Assembly: GCF_006345805.1 (NCBI RefSeq)
Contig: NC_043020.1
Span: 14,756,001 to 14,820,000, forward strand
Direction: 5' to 3'
DNA length: 64,000 nt
DNA from: Octopus sinensis
Lineage: Eukaryota
This document shows, piece after piece, positions 26,391-38,800 of this stretch. A program made the translations under genes and the position numbers. The notes under the pieces are model-generated. The model did not search any database, was not told the origin of the DNA, and was given only the letters and a program-made list of their open reading frames with translations. Positions within the stretch are counted from its first letter, which is position 1. The number at the start of each line of letters is the position of its first letter.

Positions 26391-28169
26391 TGAAATATTC
26401 TTAATTATTTTGACATTTAAGATCAACAAATAATAACTATCAGCCAATACTAAACAGTCCTTCAAATTCTAAATTACTGTAAATGAGCTTCAGTTATCAA
26501 TATTGTGCTATAATCATTCATTCATTACCAAATAACTGTCCACAAGGTTCTAAGATTCACTCATTCCCAGAGTTGTCTCCCCTATATCGCCAAAAATAAA
26601 ATGAAAGTAATATCGGTCTTTGATTAAGAATGTTTATCCCTCATTGCGTAATTATTTCTGCTGAGTTTTGTAACAGTATGACAAACGGAGATTGAAAAAA
26701 AATGAATGAGACTGAAATAAGTTTTGGAGATGATATGATCTTAAAGAAAGTGCTGTTGTATCATGGCCACTATCCAATGATAAAAGCCAGGAAAAATCAC
26801 CGAAACAATTTGCTTTCATGTTGATGACATGTCTGAGTTATTTGCTCACAAAGGATAAAAGCTAGCGCTTTCTGTTTATTAAAATATTTTTGCAGAAATC
26901 ATTAATGGTGGAAGTGAATTTCTATTGAATGTTGTCAATATTGATCTTCTGCTTTGGCTTCTCATCAAATTTGGCGGAGGGAGAGCGAGATGTTTATCTC
27001 TCTAGACAATTGAATCAATTCCATTACTGCTTCATATTTTATTGACCCTGTGAGATGTAAGGTAAAAAATCATCTCATCCCTGTGAGAGATGCAAGGTAG
27101 AATTATCTTGAATTCAGAGATAAAACGTTGGAAGACTAATGTTGTTATTGATTCAGATAGATTGGTAGTCTAAAATAATGTCTTTTGACTGACACAACAC
27201 AACATATTGAAACATTACATAATACCGTCTTTGCAACATTAATAGTGTAAAGCATTGAAGGAAGAAAAGAGAAAGGGATGATGGCTGTGTGGTAAGTAGC
27301 TTGCTTACCCACCATATGGTTCTGGGTTCAGTCCCACTGCGTAGCACCTTGGGCAAGTGTCTTCTACTGTAGCCTCGGGCCGACCAATGTCTTGAGAGTG
27401 GATTTGGTAGACGAAAACTGGAAGAAGCCTGTCGTATATATGTATATACATGTATGTGTGTATATATGTTTATGTGTCTGTGTTTGTCTCCATCAAAATC
27501 GCTTGACAATCGATGCTGGTGCGTTTACGTCCCCGTAACTTAGCGCTTCGGTTTAAGAGACCGATAGAATAAGTACTAGGCTGACAAAGAATAAGTCCTG
27601 GGGTCGATTTGGTCGACTAAAGGCGGTGCTCCAGCATGGTTACAGTCAAATGACTGAAACAAGTAAAAGAATAAAAGAATAATGAAGATGAGAATACAAT
27701 GGCACGAGACAGAGAAGTTAAACAAAAGTTAGGGGTAATTAGTTAAAATAATTATGATACAGATTGGTATGCACCTGTGTATGCAGGTATGATTGTAGTA
27801 TTAAGATATTTAAAGAAAAAAACCACAAGCTTCTGTTATCTCAATTCAAGGTTTGTCAAGTTAGTCATTATCAACATCACATCAATTTTTATTTGGTAAC
27901 CCAACCTTACTGACATTTATTAATATCCAAAAGAAATATAATCACAAGAATTCACAATATTTTTGAATATGTCTGTGTGCCAGGAAATCCAATGAATTCC
28001 AATGCTTTGAGCAAAACTCTTCATTACAAGAGAAATGAGGTGAAGAGTGTCGAATTTGTGCTTTAAAATTTGGCTGATATTCTGTATTTGGGGCAAGAAT
28101 CTTTATAGACTCTGAACTGTTGCATTCAAGTAGTTCTGTTTTAGAAAAGTATTGAAAATAATAATAATA

Positions 28170-28208
<39 letters not shown>

Positions 28209-29568
28209 AATTATTGTATACAGTGCTCAGGTGCACCACAACTTGTCAAAAGTGTATATAAAGTATATGCAGTAATGTACAAATGTCTGGAAAGTGAACA
28301 GTGTATGAGCCAGATACATGCTTGCGTGTGTATGGAGGGAAGAAAATCAGGTGTAGTGTTGGCGAATCTCAGGAAGCATGGAAGTTTTGAAGGATGCAGT
28401 GCTCAAACAACTAACAACTGATGCCGGCAGCTTGTTCCATGCTTCAGAAACTCTCAGCATGAAAAAATGTTTCCTAAAGTCATGGGAGCTGTACTGTTTT
28501 CTGACTTTGTAAATATGTCCATGGGTGTTAGAGAAAGTTGCATTGTCAAATATTTTCTGCTTGAAAAAATGTGAAATTTCAGTAAATGAAGTCCAAAACG
28601 GCAGCCTAGAACTTGAAACATTCATTCATACACTTTTACATTCTTTTATTCCTTCTTCTTCAACTGTGGCCATAATGGAGCACTGCCTAAAAGGATTTTA
28701 GTTGAAGAAATCGACCACAAGGCTTATTCTTTGTAAGCTTAGTACTTATTCTATCAGTCTCTTCTGCCAAACCACTAGGTTACTGGAACATAAACACACC
28801 AGCATCAGTTATCAAGTGATGGTAGGACACACACACAATACACACATATGCATGACAGACTTCTTTCAGTTTCCATCTACCAAAGCCATTCACAAGGTTT
28901 TGGTCAGCCTAAGGATATAGTAGAAGACACTTGTGTCACAGTGGGACTGAACTCAAAACCATGTGGTTTGGAAGCAAGCTTCTTACCACACAGCCATGAC
29001 TGCCTGTTAAATCTTTGTTGTTTGACCCTTTCATTCCCATATTTCTGTTGAAATATGCCAATTTTTTTTTCAATTAATTTTAGAAAAAATGAAAAATTTT
29101 TACTCAAAAAGCTGTCATTATCAAAACAGAGTTTGGAACATAAATTAACCTGAAATTTTGGTGGAAGATTTTAACTTGGATTACTTTAAAAACAAAGGCT
29201 TGTATCATAGAATCATGGGTGGATTCAGGCAGGTTGGTATCAGAAGGGTAGAATGTTTTAAAAATTGAAAATATCTGTGTACCATGAAGTCCAATGAATT
29301 CCAATGCTTTGAACAAAGCTCTTCATTACAAGAGAAATGAGGTGAAGAGTTCTGAATGGTTCTGTAGCGAGACCAGTTTCTATTATGGCATATCAAAGAC
29401 ATTAGATTTATATAGGCTCAGCACATTAATCTGTAGTGATTGGTCAACATACTTATCATGTGAGAGTTTGGACATTTGTTGAGTCTTGTGTTGTGATTGG
29501 TTGAGTGTTGCATGAGAATTGGATTGAAGGTCCAATCATGTTGTGCATAATACATTCTCAAACAACTA

Positions 29569-30063
29569 CAGTAAATCCTCGAGTATAATCTGCATTTTTT
29601 CTCCAATATTTAAAGGTCAAAATCCCTAGTGCGTACTATATACGAGATTAAAAATGAAAAATATTTTCTAAGCAATATCCAAGTTTCTATTTGCTGTCCT
29701 GCAAGGTTTATTCAGACGCATTTTGTGATGTCGGGCGAGAAAATACCTTAAGCTAAGCCTGAAAGCAATGAAGTCATAAAAGAATCATCCATAACTTGCA
29801 GTAAGCAACATTTATTAAACGTTATTACTGTTATTTCTTTATTTTCTGCAAACAAAATGCACAAAAAAACTACATGTTTGCATTATGTTATATATACAAT
29901 AATAATAAAGGACATTACCATATACATTTTTACAAACCAAGGACGTTATACAGACCTCCTTGACTCAAGTTAGAGAAGGGGTGTGTATTATATGTAAGGT
30001 TTAGGTTTTTCAGAGGTACAGCCCCCTAAAAATCCCCTGTGTATTATACTCGAGGATTTACGG
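29569..30063. mobile_element. Tigger/pogo-type MITE
   Basis: TIRs cagtaaatcctcgagtataat / attatactcgaggatttacgg; TA TSD on both sides. Confidence 0.88.
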
Positions 30064-31149
30064 TAATCTGTATGTGCTCTGGAGCCTCCTTTTTTTCCAT
30101 AAATTGGTGTGACAAATCAATTAATTATGAGTCAGGAGAGTGAGATTTTTTCATCAAGGTGAGTTATGTGGATTCTTGCCATTTTAACCAGAGGATAATT
30201 AATATAACAAGGAACATGTAACCAACGATGGCCCAAGCTGAATTATCCAAGCAATAGATGAACTACAAAATGTAAAAGGTTTTCTCACCTTCACGAGCAT
30301 CAAACTAATACACCTGTCGTCATCTTTTGGTTTCAACTATACATATATATATATATGTGTGTGTGTGTGTCTTTGTGTCCTCTCCATCACTACTTGACAA
30401 CTGGTGTTGTTGTGTTTACATCCCCTTAACTTAGCAGTTCAGCAAAAGTAACCGATAGAATAAGTACTAGGCTTGCTTTGTGTTACTAAAAAACTCGCCA
30501 AGGTGATGCTCCAGCATGGCTGCAGTCAAGTGACAAACAAGTAAAAGAATAGTCTACACAGGTAAGGTTTACGAGTGAGTATAATTATTTGTATATTGTC
30601 TGTCTTCTATGCATGCATGGACAGGACAGGAGCCGACCAGGTAGAAGACTACCCCAGGCTTTACTGTCTCTTTTGGCAGGGTCTTTACAGCTTGATGCCC
30701 TTCCTAACACCAACCACTCCACATAGTGGACAGTGCTTTTTTACGTAGCACCAACACAGGCGAGGTCAGTTTTAGGCAAGATTTTTACAGCTGGATGTCC
30801 TTCCAAATGCCAGCCACTTTATAGTGTGGACTGGATGCTTTTTATGTGGCACCAGCACTAGCAGGGTCACCAAGTAACTTGCAAGACAAGGAATTTTGAG
30901 AGGGGATCTTGTGTCAGATGATAAAAGGTTAGTGTGTGACAGAGAGACAGAAACAGGTGTCTTGCTATAGTGGAAGGAGGTATATGGTTACCAGGCCAGA
31001 AAGAGAGAGATGGGAGAGTGAGAGGAAGAGAGCAGTAGAGAGAGGGCAGAAACAGGTGTGCTGATGTAAAGGAGATACTTGGTTACCTAGCCAGAGGGAA
31101 AAGCATCATCATCATTGTTTGACCATGGTATTTACTATGCTATGCCAGA

Positions 31150-31530
31150 CTTCCCTGGAGATTACATCATGGTAGGAGAGTGTGCCCCCTCTGGTATCAC
31201 GAGTAGATGGCTTCCCGAGGAGAAGAGTAGAAATTGCCTCGTTTTCAGCTCTACAACAATGTCCAGCAAACTGGACTCTCCTACCTTTCACAAGAGATGA
31301 TACAGGTGGTAGTTTCCCATATATTTGTACTTTGGTCAGATGATGCTTCCACAAGAGATTTTGAGCTCTCATAAGGAGGCGAGTGTAGGTTCCATCCAAC
31401 CGCCTCTCAAGCTTCTTTGATAACATCCTGGTTTCTGAGCCATATAGTAGAACTGGTTCGACTGTGGTTTTGAAGATTTCAAGTCTGAAATCTCTATTTA
31501 GATTTGATGACCAGATCTTATGCATATCAT
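31150..31530 (-). mobile_element. RTE-clade LINE 3' ORF remnant
   Basis: ORF 31112..31654 VEPVLLYGSET...LDGTYTRLLMRAQN...RRVQFAGHC. Confidence 0.85.
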
Positions 31531-32670
31531 TACAGGAAAAGCAAGAGAGAGTGATAAAGAATGAGGGCAGAAACAGGTGCTGCGGAGGAGGAGGAGATAA
31601 ATTGCTACCCAGGCAGAGGGAAGAGCAAGGAAAAGAGAGAGTGGGAAACAGCAAACGTGCGAGAGAGCAGGAGAGAGATGGTGGTGAAGTGCCAGGGTAT
31701 ACTCACAAGTAACAAGGATCAGAGCATAGATGGGATGGTAGAGTAAAGAAGAGAGAGTACATATGTGTGTGTGTTTGTGTATATATGAATACACTAAATC
31801 ATTTGTTTTGTGAAAATGTAGATGTCAGCTCAGGTCAATTTGAATGTCCAATTGTTTTTGTTGTTTTCAAACGCATGGTTGTTTTATGGTTTTGTTTAAT
31901 GGAATTACCTTATCAGTATATATCATTTGATCCATTTACTTTTTTTTTTTCTTTTACATATTGTTAATCTCTTAGCAGTTCGATTATCTACTAATCAGTT
32001 AATCATGAAATAAATACAAGTAGTAAGTTTTATCAGTTTTGACTGAGGTAAGTAAATCATGTAGAGAATTGAGTGAAGAGAAATAATGAGGGTTTTTGAA
32101 TCATTCGTCATTCATCATCATCATCATTTAACGTCTGCTTTCCATGCTAGCATGGGTTGGACGGTTCAACTGGGGTCTGGGAAGCCAGAAGGCTGCACCA
32201 GGCCTTAATCTTGTTTCCACAGCTGGATGCCCTTCCTAACGCCAACCACTCTGTGAATGTAGTGGGTGCTTTTTACGTGCCACCGACACAGGTACCAGAC
32301 AAGGCTGGCAAACGGCCACGCTCGGATGGTGCTTTTTATGTGCCACCAGCACGGAGACCAGGCGAGGCTGGCAACGGCTATGATCGGATGGTGTTTTTTA
32401 CGTGCCACCGGCATGGAGGCCAGTCAGAGCGACGCTGGCTACGGCCACATTCAGATGGTTCTCTTACGTGCCACCAGCACTGGTATCACAACTACAAACT
32501 CCATTGATGTTGATCGATTTCGATTTTCACTTGCCTCAACAGGTCTTCACAAGTAGAGTTTTGTGAGTTATGTGAATTAGTCTTGCCTCACAAGTATGTT
32601 CCTGAACCATTCTTTCAAACTATTTCATAAAGGAAAGACACCAGAAACGAAATCAGAAGAAATTTAATGT

Positions 32671-32676
32671 TTTATT
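32671..32676 (-). terminator. PSMB7 polyadenylation signal AATAAA
   Basis: tttatt on the + strand, 66 nt downstream of the stop codon. Confidence 0.7.
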
Positions 32677-32741
32677 GAATTGATCTAAATTAAACATGAG
32701 AGGTTTCAATAATGAAGGTGGCAAATATACAAGAGAAATAT

Positions 32742-32859
32742 TTAAGATGTGTCCATTTCTTCACCAGTAACTTTCTTCTTCAAAACCACAATCGGAATCT
32801 TACAGGTACTGGAAGATTGAATAGCTGTAGTGCCTCGGTTATATTTATAATTTCCAGAC
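32742..32859 (-). CDS. PSMB7: PSMB7 exon 8 coding part ([38 protein letters not shown]), 118 nt
   Basis: Acceptor tgttctgttattacag; TAA at 32742-32744; C-terminal MDTS as in vertebrate beta-2. Confidence 0.94.
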
Positions 32860-35800
32860 CTGTAATAACAGAACAAAGTTTAATTAGAGTTTACCATTTA
32901 TTCAACAACATCATCATCGTTTAACGTCCGCCTTCCATGCAAGCATGGGTTGGGCGATTTTGACTGAGGGCTGGCGAGCCAGATGGCTGCACCAGGCTCC
33001 AATCTTGATCTGGCAGAGTTTCTACAGCTGGATGCCCTTCCTAACACCAACCACTAAATTAGTTTAACTGCAGCTAAAATAGAAAAAAGTCAACCAACAA
33101 ATTTTTATTATTATATACTCATTATTTCACACTTTAAGTACAACAGCTTTGATGCTTTATTTTATTGATCAAAATAAATATGAGGTTTCAATGATAATTC
33201 ATGGGTTTCCTCACCACCCTAATTATTCAAATCTTAACGTTAAGAGGAAGGTAAAGGACTCATTTACACCTTTCTGTCTTTGTTAAGATTTAGAGGGAAA
33301 GTACAACCCACACTTAATAAATGGCCCGACATGTTTTTCTTGAGTACTTTTGTGAGAAGGCAACCTATTTTTATCACTGATAACACTGTAACACAACTGC
33401 TGTCTTTGGGCTGCAACTGTTATTTTATATTTGCTTATCCCTAGAAAATATGAATAATGGCTAATATTTCCTCAAACTTTGCTTTTCTTACAGCAACTGA
33501 CAAGCAAATTTGTGGTACTGAGCTGAATATTTGCTACAATGATATTTTAGCTTCAGCAACACAGTGTTGAATCTGTCTGAAGTGTAGTAGAAAATAAGGT
33601 CAGTTTCAAAACATTGATGTCCAGGTCAGAAAAGCAAAGTTTGAAGGGAATAGTAGTCATCATCATTTAGCGTCCACTTTCCATGCTAGCATGGGTTGGA
33701 CAGTTCAACTGGGGTCTGGGAGGCCAGAAGGCTGCACCAGGCCCAGTCTGATCTGGCAATGTTTCTATGGCTGGATGCCCTTCCTAACGCCAACCACTCC
33801 GTGCGTGTGTTTCCTTTTAATTTCTAGATAGAAGCAAATAGGAAATAACATACCAAACACAAAAACAATTTTTAAAAAAATAATAATTTTGTTACACAAT
33901 TATAATTCATCCTCGTAATTTTCAGTGTGACACCCACCCCTTTTCCAGCATCCTCCCCACATTAACTGATATACAATCCACATGTTATAATTGACTCCAG
34001 CTTTAAGACTGTAAATTAAACATTCAAAGTAAAACTTCCAGAGAAAAGATTAATATTTCAAACTTACACAAGCTCGTTAACTGATAATTCATTTCCAATA
34101 ATATTCCCATCAGCAATGACCACAGGAAATCAATGCTGCCAACAGAGGTGGTCAACATGTAAAGTTAAATGTTGAAGAAGAATGTTGCGTTACCCAAACT
34201 AGTCTAGCATTTACACTTCTCTCTCTCTAACCAAGTCAAGTGAGACAGATGGTATGTTTTTTCTTCATGAATTTTCTGTGCCTAGCCTGGATATCTACTG
34301 ACCACTGGAACAAGTTTTTTTACAACTGGAATCAGAACGACCAACCTTGCAGCAGGAAAGACATCTGTTAGTGTCTATGTAGTACAGACTGAGACAAGTA
34401 AGGTACTGTAATGCCACTGTGAAGATTTGGCCAGAAACTTACCTTTGACCCTTCTTGTTGCACTGGTCATACGGGCGGAGATAATCAACTTTATCTTTAG
34501 TGATGACACACAGATCAACATTACTACCGGAACCAAGATCATTGAAGATACCTGCAGTAATAGCATCTTGCACTAATCTCTTCGCTTCATCACACTGTTA
34601 AAGACAAAAAGTAATAAACAGATCTATATACATCTTTGCCAACACATACAAATATTTTCTTGTGTATACTGGGTTGGTAGAGTGTGTGTGTGTATGAATG
34701 TATGTAGGTATGCATGTGTTTGTGGTCTTTGCTCAAGAGCCACAGTCAATATGCTCTAATTTTAACAAAAAGACATCACCAAGGAGACCCTGAGTCATTA
34801 TATATATATATATATATATATTCCTATTATATATTACACAAAATCTGAAACAGACATATTAATTGCTTTCCAAATATCCTTATTTGGTTTGACTTCATTA
34901 TTAGAAATTATATGACTTAATGCAAACACAAACTAGCCTGTCCCATTTATGGAGATACTCTAACAAGGATTGAGAGCAATTTGTTGAATTTGGCCATGTC
35001 ATCATCATCATCATTGTCTGCATTGTTTTAACGACCACTTTTCTATGTTTGTAGAGACCAGATGGATAATATTACAGTATTGCTGGAATATAATAATAAT
35101 AATAATGAAATTATTGTATACAGTGCTCAGGTGCACCACAACTTGTCAAAAGTGCGTATAAAGCATATGCAGTAATGTACAAATGTCTGGGAAGTGAACA
35201 GTGTATGAGTCAGATACATGCTTGCGTGTGTATGGAGGGGAGAAAATCAGGTGTAGTGTTGGCGAATCTCAGGAAGCATGGAAGTTTTGAAAGATGCAGT
35301 TCTCTGACAACTAACAACTGATGCCAGCAGTTTGTTCCATGCTTCAGCAACTCTTAGCGTGAAAAAATGTTTCCGAAAGTCATGAGAGCTGTGCTGTTTT
35401 CTGACTTTGTAAATATGTCCATGGGTGTTAGACGGGTGGAGTTTGAAAAGGTGCTCAGAGTTATTGTTTGTAAGATGGTTAATAATTTTATGGGTGTCTG
35501 CCAAGTCAGCTGCCAGACGTCGGAGTCTCGATGTATCCATGCCCAGGGAAGTAAGGTGTTCAGAATATGGCAAATGCCCGATGGAGGGTATTCTCTTGGT
35601 TGCACATCGCTGAACGGTTTCCAGACGATTAATATCCTGGGCAAGATAAAGGTTCCAGACCGGTGATGCAAATTCCAGGTGAGGCATTTCTCAGACTGAA
35701 CAACAACCGTTTCTCTAAGCCACTCACCACCTTACTACATGCAGCTGACTCTACCCCCTCCCCACACCCACCCTACCATCTCTTACTTTTCTTCTCTCCC

Positions 35801-38800
35801 TTCAGTAGCATCCTGTCCATTACTCTGTAGGGGTCATTCCTTTTCTTATTAAGGCAGAGATGAAAAACAGTGCTAATAATACTTACGGTCATATTCGTCT
35901 TGAATCTTTCTTCAAACACTGACATCGCAGCAAGACTTCCAGATCCTAAAATTAATTACAACAATCATTATCATCATCGTCATGTAGGTAGAATAGTAAT
36001 TAGTGCTGCCAATAGTCTTTTAGATGGTTGAGTGTGATTTGAAAGCGATTTAGTTGCTATTTCTACAAGGTCAAATAACAACGTAGGGTATTTGTTCCCA
36101 ACCATTTTTTTTATCAATAGGAGGAACCCCATAATCATTCACCGCTTAAAAATTTAATAATTAAATATTATCAGGAATTGTATTGAAAAAAAAATTTAAT
36201 TTTGCTTTGTAGAAGAAAAACCAATTTATTGCACAGAAATTTTAACAACGAAATCTTCTATGGACCCTTAAGGGTAATTTGGACCCTGGTTTAAAACCAC
36301 TGATGTCGAGGCTCCCTTATCACAAGTATTACTTGGCAGAAAGGGTTCTAAACAATTCAACAATGGAACATTTTTAACACAGTCACTCTGCTTAGTTTCT
36401 TGTAGCAGCTAAAGCTAAAATGTCCTTTAACAAATCCTTGTCACCTTCACAATAGATATATGCTTTCCTAAAACTTAAGAAAGCAGGTTTTTCCAAGAAA
36501 ATACATAATGAATATGGTTGAAATTCTAACAGATGTTTGATGAAGGCAGGCACATTGTGTTAGAAGTTAGATCTATGGACCACTTCACAATATTTAGTCA
36601 TCTCATCATCATTTAACATCTGTTTTTCATGCTGGCATAGGTTGGACTGTTTGACAGAAGCTGAGCAGATGAAGAGCTCCATCTGTTTTGGCATAGTTTC
36701 TACGTCTGGATGTCCTTCCTAACACCCAACCACTCTACAGAGTGTACTTACTGGGTGGCTTTTTATGTGGTACCATCACCAGTGCTTTTAAAGTGGCATC
36801 AACACCCACACCGATGTTTTTTATGTGGCGCCTTGGTTTTAAAATCTCAATTCTGTTGTGGTGGGCAGCCTTCTCAAGTCATTAAGAAAAAAAAGAAAAA
36901 AACAAAGGAAAGAAATGCTCAAAGCTTACCCATGGTAGTAAAAGGTAGTTTGTCTGTGGAACCATGTGGCCAAATACTATAAAGATGGGGTCCAGTGTGA
37001 TCAACACCACCAAGAACTAAAGCGGCACTGATCATTCCATGATATCTGAAAGAGAGAAAGATATTCTCATATTATATTATAGCATTTATACACATCAACA
37101 TGGTCAAAAACATGCCAGTATAGAAAAGCAGATATAAAAATGATGATGACGTTGACATACACAATGCTGTGTGTGTGTCTGTATTTACATTGTAATATAT
37201 GCATTGTTAGATAGTCATATATTACAACATTAATGTAATGTACATAATTTATTTTTAATCCAAATATACATTTTTATGCAGAGATACCTGTTATACTTAT
37301 TATTCTATTATCTAAGGCCCCCTTTGGTCATGACACAGACCATGGGATTGCACCTAGAAAGTTACCCTCCCAGGCACAAGTGCAGGCAAGGTTGTTTATG
37401 GAAGACCAGCAGTCACCCATGCATACCAGCCTCCCCTCTCCATGCCACCAGTGTTATCCAAAGGAAAGGCAACCGCCGATACAGCTTGGCACCTGTGACG
37501 TCACAACTCATTTCTACAGCTGAGTGAACTGGAGCAATGTGAAATAAAGTGTCTTGCTCAAGAACACAACACGCAGCCCAATCTGGGATTCGAGCTCACA
37601 ACCTCATGATCGTAAGCTCAAAGAGCCATGCGCCTTCTATTATAAAATATATATTTTTCAGGCCATTAAGGACAAGACTGTAATTTCATAAACATTGCCA
37701 AAATGATTTGAGATTTTGATGATTTGATTGTTTTATTCTTAGAATGACATTGTAGGGTAGGTGTGATATGCTAAATCTGACCAGTTTGGATTTCAAAAGG
37801 TAGGATATTTGGACTGGATATGTCCAGTTTAAATGGGCTGTACTTGAAATTCAAAACTCACATATTGTCAAACACTGGGATTTTACATTATGGTATGTGA
37901 GATACTCAACCACTTTGCATGCAAATTCTATGAGTAGGGCTGCTCATACATCAACACGAATATTCTCATTTTGTCTAACTGTTCCCTCTGCTCAAATGCT
38001 GTGCTAATGATGCCTAGAGGCAGAAGCACACATCCACAATTGTTGTCTTGTCTCCAGACATTTAGACTGTCGTTTTTGTTAATCGCATGTCAATTTCTAA
38101 GAGTCCATAAGATTACTTTCTCTCTCATCTAGAGTTGGTACCAACTCATACGCACACACACACACACATATATATAAGGCCTACATTTAGAAATATAAAA
38201 CAGTAGTCTACGCAACACAACCACAGACATTCAGAAATGGAACCAACTGGAGTCCTGATGTACTTGTTCCATTTTAACAGTAGTAGTAATCTCCCTTACA
38301 TTTTAGGCATCGTTCTACGAAAAGTAAGTAATGCCTGCATATTGCAATGATGTACTTAGATACGTTTGTCTGACAAATCATGGCTAAATCCAAAGTAAAC
38401 AAGTTCAATATTGACTGGAATCTTATGAAATAAATTGTAAAATAGAAAAGGAAAATTGAAATCTTAAACTTGTTGCAAGTTTCTGGATGTGTTTGAACTG
38501 ATACACACGTTGAGAAATATTCTCTATGTGTCTAAGGACTTACATAACTAAAAAAAATTGCAGAATATACAAAGTGATTTTAGAAGTTTAAATAAATTCA
38601 GAAGGCGCAGGAGTGGCTGTGTGGTAAGTAGCTTGCTAACCAACCACATGGTTCCAGGTTCAGTCCCACTGCGTGGCATCTTGGTCAAGTGTCTTCTGCT
38701 ATAGCCCCGGGCCGACCAAAGCCTTGTGAGTGGATTTGGTAGACGGAAACTAAAAGAAGCCTGTCGTATATATGTATATATATATGTGTGTGTATATGTT

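Noticed and set aside
33480-33860. Similar ~100-bp sequence in the last introns of both PSMB7 (33480-33860) and RBM18 (53730-53830)
   Set aside because: Most simply a dispersed repeat fragment, split here by a SINE; there is no evidence of a shared function.
38235-38336. Two tandem hairpins in PSMB7 intron 4 (aaatggaac/gttccattt and aggcat/atgcct) resembling an H/ACA RNA
   Set aside because: There is no ACA box after the second hairpin on the sense strand and no convincing C/D pair.
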